In this document: positions 25,644-37,600 of the stretch, piece by piece
How the letters are laid out: every line of letters starts with the position of its first letter
Numbering within the stretch: position 1 is the first letter of the stretch
Source: Lama guanicoe
Taxonomy: Eukaryota
Assembly: GCA_013239625.1 (NCBI GenBank)
Contig: MU053629.1
Coordinates: forward strand, 2,445,567-2,509,566
DNA: 64,000 bases
Reading direction: 5' to 3'
Translations under genes and position numbers: made by a program
Notes under the pieces: model-generated
Told to the model about the DNA's origin: nothing
Seen by the model: only the letters and a program-made list of their open reading frames with translations
Database searches by the model: none

Positions 25644-28600
25644 CTGCAGAATCATTGTCAACGTCACTGTTGTATATAAATGTTCTATACTTCTGACGTT
25701 ACAGAGGATGGGGAAAGGAGCAAGATAGGGGTAGGGGATTAAAAGGTACAAACTACTATGTACAAAATAAATCAGCTACAAGGATATATCGTACAGCACA
25801 CGGAATATGGCCAATACTTAGAATAACTTTAAATAGAGTATAATCTATAAACATTTTTGTTCGTTTTTTGGAGGGAGGTAATTAGGTTTATTTATGTATT
25901 TTTAATGGAGGTACTGGCGATTGAACCCAGGCCCTTGTGCATGCTGAGCACGTGCTCTACCCCTGAGCTATACCCTCCCCTGCTATAAAAATGTTGAATC
26001 ACTGTTATACACCTAAAACTAATATGATATTATAAATCAACTATATTTCAATAAAAATAAATTCATCAATGCTAATTAGAGAAAAACTAGAAAACAGAAA
26101 AGTCGAAAAATAATTTTTAAAACCACAATTTGAGATCTTTGTTCCTCATTTACTGTGTAACCAGTCTGGATATTTCTAGGTAACTGCAAGATTGCGGCAC
26201 GCTCTTCACAGGTAGGTGTTTACCCCCACCCCTACCGCCCGCCACGATGAATCGGGTCCTTCAGTCCTCTGCTGTTCTAACACAATAATGACCTGTCTGG
26301 GCCTCCTCCTCAGATAGTTAAAATGGCAATTGTCAAATCTGTGAATGTCAAGGAGGTGTTGTATCTAGGCCGTCTTCCTTTTAAAGAAGTGTTTATGTGC
26401 ATATGTTTTGATCAAAGAAGGAAAATTCTTTTTGTGTTTATTGTAGAACTTAGGGAGAATTCAAAAGAGCACAAAGAGGAAAATAAACATCCTTTATAAG
26501 CCTACTGTCCAGAAATACCCCAGGTAAGGATCTATTTATTTAAAAACTGGGTTTAAAGCTGTTTTATAAAAAAAAGTAGCAGTTAGAACGTGAGAATTAT
26601 TGTGGGTTATTTTTTTAACCCATAGGAACCACTACAAATAACCTCAAGTTTTCAGGAGCGCTAAAGAAACTTTTTAAAACCCATAGGGAGAAATTGCTCC
26701 CTCCCCTGGTGCCTGGGCAACAGACCCTGGACCTTGTGGCAACACCTGGCGGGGGGGGCATGTGAACCCCCACACCCAGGACCGTGGGGAGACTGTTCCC
26801 TCTCACAGGGCAGGGGTGACCTGAGAAATCCACACTCAGAAGGGAAAAAAAAAAAAAAAAAAAAAAACCAACCCCAGCATCTCCTCCTGCCAAGAAGCCT
26901 CTAGTCAAGGCCTGTGGAAGCAGATCTCTGTTCTGGGCACAGGTAAGCCGCTGCTGCCTCGTCCTCCCAATCACAGTCTGTCTGTCTGTCATAGAGTCCA
27001 GCAGAATCTATCGATCGATCTCTCCTAGAATCTATTAGAATCTATCTGTCACATATAATAGAATCTATTATAAGAAGTCAGTGCTTCATTTCTATAGAGA
27101 ATTCTGTATTTCTTACTCTCTGCCACCAAAAAAAATCCAACAAACCTTTTTGTTTCAAACCAGAGACTCTGGGTTCCAACCTACCTGGACATAAAGGTTC
27201 ACCTCTGCACTTCTGCACAGGTACGGGAAATTGCCTCCTGTTTTAAGGTGAGCCCTCCGGGCATTAGGATACAGTTTGTACATTTCTTCTTTAGCTTCAG
27301 TTGAAAGTGCACTCTGGTCAAACACCTTAAAGAAAAAAAATGAGGCTGAAACTGTTATTTCAGTATATTTTCACAGTAGCAAAGTGCCACCCTGCACATT
27401 CCTTTCCAGTGCAGAGACAGCGCTGGACCCCTCTGTAGCCTGGGCCACCCTCTCCTGCTCATCCCTGTGACTCCAACTCCAAGGTAAAAAGTTAGCTACA
27501 GACTTTACTGCCAAATGTCTCTTGCACTCTTTGGGGAAAAAAAATCTACCATGAAATTCCATCTTTTCTCAAACACAGTTAACTAAATTAATAGAATATT
27601 TTTTTCTTCAAAATTTAGTATCTGTTATCATAAGATTGTTTACTATGTCTGCAAGTCTGTTTCTGTTTTGTAGATGAATCTATAGTGTCCTTTTTAAAAT
27701 TTTTTTCTTAGATTCCACATATTAATGATATATGGTATTTTTCTTTCACTTTCTGGTTTACTTCACTTACAATGATGATTTCCAGGTCCATCCATGTTGC
27801 TGCAAATGGCATTATTTTATCTTTTTTAATGGCTGAGTAGTATTCTGTTATATAAATATACCACAACTTCTTTATCCAGTCATCTGTCAATGGACATTTA
27901 GGCTGCTTCCATGTCTTGGTCATTGTATATAGTGCTGCTGTGAACACTGGGGTGCATGTATCTTTTCAAATTAGAGTTTCCTCTGGATATATGCCCAAGT
28001 GTGGGATTGCTGAATCATATGGTAAGTCTATTTTTCAATTTTTGAGGAATCTCCATACTGTTTTCCACAGTGGCTGCACCAACTTGCATTCCCACCAGCA
28101 GTGTAGGAGGGTTCCCCTTTCTCCACAGCCTCTCCAGCATTTATTGTTCATGGACTTTTGAATTAACAGAATATTAATAGTGAACAATCATTAGTGGAAA
28201 TGGCAATTTCAAAAGATCTCAAAATCCCCAAAGAACTTCTTAATTTTATTAAAAGTTATGTAAGTAGTTATATGCTCAGTGAAAAAAATTCAAAAAAAAT
28301 TTTAAAGAGTGTAAGACAAAAAGTCCAAATCCTTTCCTGGAGAGCCACTATTAGAAGTTTGGAGTATGTGACTATATAACTTTCAATACCCATACAGATG
28401 TATGTATGTTTATCCACACATTCAGAAAGTTTTTCAAAGAGTAATTTAAAGAAACCAAAAAGCCCCATGAAAACAAAAATAGGTGCATCTCCAACTTGCT
28501 CAAGCTTGTAGGCGGTATTACGTGACCACATACCCAAGTGATGAACAGCTCTGAAAGGGCAAGCAGAGCACATGCAATGTGAGGACCAAATATTTCACTG

Positions 28601-31600
28601 GTAAATGTCGGAACGTAGCAGTTACAGTAGAGAATAAGTTACAGTATGTGGGTAATTTCCTGATAAAAATTGATTCTTAGAAATACCATATTCTCAGCAT
28701 TTAGGAATAAATCCGTGAGCCAGACACTTATATGGTTGAAATAAAAAGTACGTCAAAGCCACAGAGAGATTCCACTTCACAACCATTCGGGTGGCTACTA
28801 TCACAGAAACAGAAACTAACAAGTGCTGATAAGGATACGGAGAAGTTGAAGCCTTATATAGCGGCCCCTGTGGAAGATGATAAGGCAGGTCCTAAAAAGT
28901 TAAACAGCGAATTTACCAAATGATTCAGCAATTCCGCATCTAGGTACAGATTACCCCAGAGAACTGAAAGCAGGAACTTAAGTGGGTACTCGTACACCAG
29001 TGTTCACAGCAGCGTTACCCACAATAGCCAAAAGGTGGGAAACAAGCCAGATGTCTGGCAACAGATGAAAAGATAAATAAAATGTGGAATATTATTCAAC
29101 TGTAAAAGGGCATGATGTTCTAACATGCTTTAGCACAGATGAACCTTGGAAACATTATGCCAAGTAAGTGAAACAAGCCAGATACGAAAGGGTAATTATA
29201 TGATTCTACTTATATGGGGTACCTAGAATAGGCAAATTCAGAGGCAAAAAGCAGGACAGAGGTCACTAGGAACTGAGGGGAATTGAGAGATGAGGAGTTA
29301 TTGCTTAATGGGTACAGGGTTTCAGTTTAGGATGGCGGAAGGTGCTGGAGATGGATACCAGTGGTGGCTGTACCACATGTTAATGGACTTAATGTCATGG
29401 AACTGTACACTTAACAAGTGGTTAAGATGGTAAATTTTCTTACGTATATAGTTCACTACAATTAACAAATATAAGAAGCAAGCTTTCATGTCAATTAGAC
29501 TTTATGGAATTCTGGATTCTCCGCCCTCATGAGGCACTTTCACTTTGCTGCCCAGAGATGTGCAACAGCTAAAGAGTGGTGTCTGTGGCAAAAACAAACC
29601 AAAATGAGTAAGGACTATGTTTGTTTAAATTTACTTTGATTTCAATGGTGTTATTCCTGCCAGGAAAAATAAAGGATAAGCAAAAAGAAAAAACAATTAT
29701 TTTGGAATTGAGAAAGTAGGGCAGTAAAAAAAAAGAAAAAATCCAAGGCAGCATTTGAAGAGGCACTTTGAAAAATTGTAAAATAATTATAAGGTGGATC
29801 TTGATATAGACATTTTAAAAAGGCAAAGTATCTATTCTACTTAAAAGAAAGCTTGCTTACGTCCATAATGGTAACAGGGATGTCCCGAATTTTATGAGGT
29901 TCCACGTAAGAATTCTGACAATTCAGGGTAAGTCTTGAAGCCAGTTCACTCTGACCCAAACTTTCCAGCTGTGGAAACAAACACAGGTAAAGGTTTTTTT
30001 TTTTTTAATGAATTTTGTTTTTCACATTTACATTAAATCCACAGATGATATCTGTGCTTAGAAAGGTGGTGGTATGTGTGGTGGGGCCAGTAAGGTCACC
30101 AGCGATGAACTGGGCCTCTAAGTGGTAACATTGTTCTATTCTGGGAACAGGGCCCTTCCCCAGCCCTCAACCTGAGCTGCCTCTTCAACCAGGTGCCTGT
30201 GGGCAGCAGGCCAGTTCTAGCAGCTCAAAGATGACAGAGACATCTAAGTGATCTTACAGCGGGGAGAGGCCTCAGGAAAAAAAACCTATCCTGGCAGCTC
30301 TGAGATGCAAATCTACAGACCTGCTGCGTCACACTCACCTGGGGGAGATGGAAGAGGAGGAGGAGCGAGGGAAAATAGAGTCCCAGGTGCCTCGGCCAGG
30401 GATTCCAGTTCAGTGGTCTGGTGTGAGGCCTTAGAATCTGTATTTTTAAAAGCTCCCCTAAGTGATTCTGATGAATTACTTACCAGCAGGACTACCTGCC
30501 TGGATGTATTAAAGTTAGTATGGAAAACTACTTAACACCTCTAATACACACTCAGCGAGACAGCCATTTCTTTAGGAACCAAGCAGACATGAGAATTCCC
30601 AGGGCAAGGTATCCTCACCCTGTCCACCATGAAATCAATGGCGTCAGCCATCATAGGGTCCACTGGGCCAGATGAAAAGTTGCCGAGAACTATTTTTTTG
30701 AGCATAAATGATGGCATCAGCCAAAAGCTGCGGGGAAAGAAAGAAAAAAAAAAGACCTGATCATTTTAAACTTGCAAGACTACATGTGAACGGCAATCAT
30801 TCAACACTGAAGCTCTGTGTTAGCTGGGTTCTTGGGATCTAGAGATAAAGACTTCGTCCCTTCCTTCAAAGAGCTAGTTTTGAAGCATCTAGTTTTCATA
30901 TACACTTTCCCAAGCTCCAAAAGCGTTAGTTTAATATGACTCAACTTTTAAGAATCTGGAATAATAAGTGGTATTTCAAAACGCCTTTATGGAGGTGTGG
31001 ACATTCTGATGATTCCAAGCTTTTGTTTTCTAATTGGCCTTAATTCCAATGGTTAACCTGTTTTTGGAAAACTCAGCACTTACCATAAAAACCTTAAGGT
31101 TCAAATCACCTTTAAAGCAGATTTCAAAATAGCAAAATGAAAGAGTTATTGTACCTCCTACTGCTACTATTAGATTCAGTTGGGCTAATTCAAGGCAATT
31201 CAGTCTTGATGTACTTCTATATGTGATCTTTAGTTAATTATTTATTCCATTAATTACACTGAGAGCTATGACATAGGGTAAACATGAATTTCTCTCAACT
31301 TGTGCTGAAAATATCTGATAAGAGGTGCAGCCCACCTTCTGCTGCGTGTTCTCAGTGAGCTTCCCTCACTAGGACCAGCGGCCATCTTTCAGTGACCTTT
31401 CTAAGTTAGTCCCCACCTCTGACAGCTTCTTAGTTTCTAAATGACGCCTAGGTGTGCTGGGAGGTGGGGGGGCGCGGTGTCCTGCCGGCTCTGCTCACCC
31501 CTGCGGCCTCAGTGCGGCACATAGTAGGCACTCAGACATCTGACAAATAGTAGCCGATACGCAAGAGCAGAAAGGGGGGGGGGAGTCTTGGCTTCTGACA

Positions 31601-34600
31601 GTTAAAACAACATGAAAAATCATCACAAATAATCAGTGAGCTTTAGTGCAGCACCTGGACATGAAGTGTATCTGTGGCTAATGTATACAACAACAGATCG
31701 CTGCATGAATGCCGAGGAAACAACTGAGAAAATATCAGGGGAAGTTCTTGAAAAAATCAGACTGCAATCTTAAGTAGGTGTGAAAACCGTGAAGATGTTT
31801 ACCTAGAATGTTACATGAAAAACCAATCTGCTCACACAGGTAGGTTAGTCGCTGGGCTACTTTTTAGGGTAGAGCCTAGCCTTGCTAGCAATGAAAGAAA
31901 TGCACATGAAGTCAGCTTTAAGGTACCCTTAGACACTACCAAACTAATTAAGAAGAGATAATCCATGAAGGGATGCCTCAGAGGAGGCAGATACCCCACT
32001 GGTTGCCCTGCAAAGCATTTCACCATTTCCATCTTTCTAAAAAGCAGACTCCTGTTGTGTCAGTGTTAAGATGTGCAGACCATCAGCTGACAGACTAAAT
32101 GCTCTAGTCTCTCCAGTTTGGGGAACATAACTCTCAAGGAAATAACTCAGAAACGGAAGGAACAAAAGTAATTTGTACAAAGACTTACAGCAGAACATGA
32201 TGAAAAACTCGGGAGAAGCCAGATGCCTTAAAAACACTGTCAGTCAACACATGGAATTGTACACAAAATAGTCTAAGTGGAGCAAGTGGAACACAGTATC
32301 CCTTACACATGCACTAAAGAGAAACTGTTAAGGTGTATGAATGTATAGGAAACGAAGGCAGACAATGATTTAGATGAATGGCAGACAATGATTTAGATGA
32401 ATGGAAACAGCTGAATTTAGAGTTCATTCAATTCTTTTCTATTACAAAGGTGATCATTTCTAATTTTAAAAGCCAGCATGCAGGGGAGAGGTATGGCTCA
32501 AGTGGTAGAGCATATATACTTAGCATGCATGAGGTCCTGGGTTCAGTCCCCAGGACCTCCTCTAAAAGTAATAAATAAATAAACCTAATTACCTCCCCCC
32601 ATCAAAAAAAACCCAAACAAAAAACCCCCTAAAACCCAGCATGGTTTCAGAAGACAGAAGTAAATATGGCCCCTCCCTAATGTATCAAAAAAACTCAGAA
32701 ACCAACGTTTTCGAAACTCCACCTCACAAAAATAATAAAAAATTTGGCAGAATGGTTACGTTCTTACCTGTTTGCAGTCCATGTTTGGTTAAAGATAGAA
32801 GTGTCACTGAAGGCATTGCAGAGGATGAGGGAATGGACTCGAGGAGATTTGTGAGTGTATTCAGCAAATTTCTGGGCCAAAAAGCCTCCCAAAGAAGCCC
32901 CGAAGAGATGAACCTAATTGGAACAAACACAAGACGGATCCTAAACCAATGATCAGTCCTGAACATAAGCATCAAAAAAACGTTTTAATTCTCACCAACC
33001 ACAGAATACAATGTCATCACCAGCCGCCAGACTGAAACATCTACAGCTTGGATGTTAAGGAAATACTGTATTTAAAAACAATGTATACACCCTGTTGAGA
33101 GAAAATACAACTGTGCATACAAATTATATGTTAAAAATATTTACAGATTACAGTAGAAAATGAAACCACTTTATTGTTTGTTTAAGAAAACTATGATTCA
33201 GGGGAGGGTATAGCTCGAGTGGTAGCGCACATGCTTAGCATGCAGAAGAGGTCCTGGGTTCCATCCCCAGTATCTCCTCTAAAAAATACATAAACCTAAT
33301 TACCTCCCCTACACACAAAAAATAAAATTTTTAAAAAAGAATTAAAAAATAAAAAAATGAAACTATGATTCAGCAATTCTCCTAGGTACGTACCCAAGAT
33401 AACTGGAAACATACGTCTACACAAAAACTTGTACATGAGTGTTCACAGCAGCATTATTCATAATTAAAAAATGGAAACAAGCCAAATGACAAATGAAATT
33501 TGTTATATCCAACAATGGGATATTATTGGACAATAAAAAGGAATGAAGTACTGATGCCAGCTGCAATACTGATGAGCCTTGAAAATGTTATGTTAAAGTG
33601 AAAAAAGCCAGTCACAAAAGACCACAAATTATGATTCCACCTAAATAAACAGAATAGGCAAATCCATAGAGATAGAAAGTAGATTAGGGGAGGCAAGGTG
33701 GAAAGTGTCTGTTAAGTAAGTATGGGGTTACTTTTGGGGTGAAAAATGTTCAAAAACTGACTGTGGTGACTGGATAAAGAAGATGTGGTATATTTATACA
33801 ATGGAATACTACTCAGCCATAAAAACCGACAACATAATGCCATTTGCAGCAACATGGATGCTCCTAGAGAATGTCATTCTAAGTGAAGTAAGCCAGAAAG
33901 AGAAAGAAAAATACCATATGAGTTCGCTCATATGTGGAATCTAAAAAACAAAAACAAACAAACAAACAAAAACAAAGCATAAATACAGGACAGAAATAGA
34001 CTCATGGACAGAGAATACAGACTTGTGGTTACTGGGGGGGGGTAGAGGGTGGGAAGGGATAGACTGGGATTTCAAAATTGTAGAATAGATAAACAAGATT
34101 ACACTGTATAGCACAGGGAAATATACACAAAATGTTATGATAAATCACAGAGAAAAAAATGTGACAATGAGTGTGTATATGTCCATGAATGACTGAAAAA
34201 TTGTGCTGAACACTGGAATTTGACACAACACTGTAAAATGATTATGAATCAATAAAAAATGTAAAAAAAAAACTGTGATGATGGTTGCACATATCTCTGA
34301 ATGTGTAAAAATCAGTGAATTATGCATGTTCAAAGAGTAAGTTGTATGCTATGTGAATTCTACCTCAAAAGAGCTGTTTTTAAAAAATGAAAGACAACAC
34401 CAGGCTTTACAATGTAAATGCTGCATTAAAATCACACGTTGAGTAATTAGTTTCAAGGTACTCACTTTATCCAGTTGTAAATGGTCTAAAAGTTTTCTGA
34501 ATCCATCGCAGAATTCAAGATGGTCCCAATAAACTGGATATTGCAACTGGAATAATAATAATTTAAAAATTTATTTTAAAAAACTATAGAGGTAAAATGC

Positions 34601-37600
34601 AACTAATATATATCTGAAAAATTTAGGGCTCTCATAACAGTATTTTTCATTTGCTCAAGCTCTGCTCCTTATTCAAAACATATGAAAAGAAGCTCTCGAC
34701 TTCTCCTAAACTTCAAATTTTATCAAATTCACATTTTATCCAACAGATCAATTAAAAAAATAAAAACAAAAAGCACAATCTAGTGATACTATGAATGGAC
34801 ACAACAATTTCAGTTCACCTCGATTTCCTTTCCAAATAGTTGAGGAACTCTGAGGTTCAAGGGTGAATAGAGCAGAACCCATCAAGTAAAGAAATGCTGT
34901 TTTCTTTGTAATCCAATCTCATTCTGAATTACAGCTCGAAGAACTAGATATAAAATCTGTTCCAAGGAGAGTTTCCTCTTTTTCGTAGCATTTCTTTAAA
35001 GGAGTATTCAAAAAAAAAATCATTCCTCTACTTTTAATTGACTTAGTTATTCTATCTGATTTCTTGTAGTACTTTTGTGACCAAAAAAGTCAGGTGCTTG
35101 ACCTTGAGTAGCCTATTAATGAAAATGAAGAAAAAGAAATACAAGTCACTAATTCCTTTCTAGGGGACTCAGGCTTGTCACCTAAGAATTCCCCTGTCTT
35201 TAATGTAAATGAAACCCATCTGAGTGGCTTGTTTTAAGCACTTAGATTCAGTCATTGACAAATCACTGAAATAGATACTGTCATGTAAATTATGGGATAA
35301 TTTCAGCTTTGACGGACTATGTTACTTTTACTATTAAAATTCCATTTGTTAATAAGATTCCACTATTCTGAGGCAGAATGGAGAACAGACACTCCGTAGC
35401 AGAAAATTTTACAATCTGAGTCAGATGATAGCCTAAAAAAAAGGAGATGACATTTTTAGGACTCCTTTAATTTAAAAATTTCTGTGCCCTAGGCAAGTGA
35501 CAAAATTGTATATACCTTAATACATACACACAATCGAGTATGAGTGACACTGGGAAATCTGAATAAGGTCAGTGGATTATGTTAACGTCATATCTTGGTT
35601 GTGATAGCCTACTACAGTTTTGTAAAATGTTACCATTAGGAGAAACTGGGTAAAGTATAAAATGGCTATCTCTCTGTTATTTCTTACAGCTGCTTGTGAA
35701 TCTATGATTATCGCAATAAAAATTTAAATGAAAAAAAGGATCCATGCATTTTAACAGCTAGATACTAACAAATACCTAGTACGTTTCAGAACGTCATGGG
35801 GCTGGGTGTTCTGATCAAGTCTTAAAGTCATTTTGAAGACGTGGCAGGCCTTTTCTTGAGTCATCATCCAGCTAAAGTAGGAGGGAAGGCCCACATCAAG
35901 AAGCTTGAGGGCAAGGAGAACTGTCCAGCCGGAAGGCAAGGCTCTGTGAATGCCAATGTGGAGCAATAAACGCTGTCCGCTTTGGACAGTGCTCTAAAGT
36001 GAGACGGACCTGTGGAGGCTGCTTGGCTTCCCCACTCTGGCTGATTAGCAGTGGCCACTAGGACAGGAAGTGTCCCGACTCAGGCTGCAGAGGTCTGGGG
36101 TCAGGGCGGTTACCGCCCTGCTCTCCTGGAGTGCCGTTCACTGAGAGGGATTACTGAAAACCCAGAACAAGGGAGGACTATGCTGTGGGGATTCAAACAC
36201 GCCATCCGAGGAATGGCTAAAAAACCTGGAGAAAGATACAGCCAGGGAAGAAGAGACCTGAGGGGAAGGCAGTAGGTGGGGCAGACAGTAACTAGCTTTC
36301 TCAAGAAAGAGAAGGACTGTCAGGAGGGAGAGGAATTAGATTTGTTTTATATGACCCCAGTTGGTGGTAACCCCAGTAGAATTTTCAACTGCTTTCCAAG
36401 AGAAGGGATCTGGCCTACGTTTTCTCTCCTTTAGGTAGTAAATAGAGTGTCTAATAATGGCTGTTAGGAAACCAACGTCCACTGTCCTCACCCAGCCGGG
36501 GCATGCCAAAAACTCTGTCATGAGCAACAATGCCTTCCCACCTACGCCCTTCTCCCAGAGGAGGAGATCAGAGAATGATAAATGCAAAACTAGATTTAGA
36601 CCAAACTGAGTCATAAAGTAACAATTAGAAACTTCTTAACCCAGTGCTAGGGATATGAGCTAATGAATGAACCTCACCTCAACTGTCAAAGACTTGCGTT
36701 AAAGCAAGCTTTCAGTCAGCTGGATGTTAGCGGATCCCTTTGCTGCCCCCAGAAGCAGGTGGGTAATAAAGGGGAGTGGGAATGGGGTCAGAAGACTGGG
36801 CTGGGTTCTCCCTCAACCACCTATTGGTTGTGGGACACTCGGTGATCACTAAAATGGTCTGGACCTCAGTTTCCTCATCTATAAACAAAGACAATGCTTC
36901 CGGACTCCTGTTCAACTCATTCAGAAAATGCACATACAAGCTGGGAAGAGAGAAGGCTTCCAGAAGAAGTTTGTCCCCCTCTGTATGTCTGTGCCCCACA
37001 CCACCTTCCTTCAAAAAACTCCCTTTCACATTTTAAAAAAGGAAAACAGTATCCAACCTCGATTAAAAAAAAAAAACCTGCCCATTACTATAGTTACTCA
37101 GAAACAGAAGCACGTACTCACACATACACAAAACCAGAAACGCGGACCTGCATTTTCATCCTGAATCAATGATACTTACAGCTATAACCCGGTAACCCCA
37201 TCCAGTCAAAGCCAAAATCTGCCGGAAAAATACATCTGCAGTGCCGCTGACCGGAGGGAGAAATATGAGGGGACACCTGATATTTCTGGGGCCCGCATCG
37301 TAGAGCGACCAGATCTTACTATCATCATCATCCACGATGATCTGGAGGGAAAGTTATAAGAAAAAAAATGAAAAACCTCACGCATTTGGTTTTATGTAGT
37401 TATTTCAACACAGTACTTTCGCTGACAGTTTTAATAGCACTGCCTTGGTTGTTACCAGCTAAGCGGGGGCTCACCCCACACTAGCACGGATAATAAACAG
37501 TTCTGTTCTCCTTTTCCTTCCTCAGTGCTGACACAGTCCATGGAATTGCTTTATATGCTTCTTCCCAAGAACTGCTTTTTCTATCAGCTTATAATTTTCT

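Noticed and set aside
32880..32905. GASLG motif as evidence of an active serine hydrolase
   Set aside because: Maspardin is known as a probably non-catalytic alpha/beta-hydrolase fold protein, and the usual catalytic His position reads GGNFP here. Not novel.
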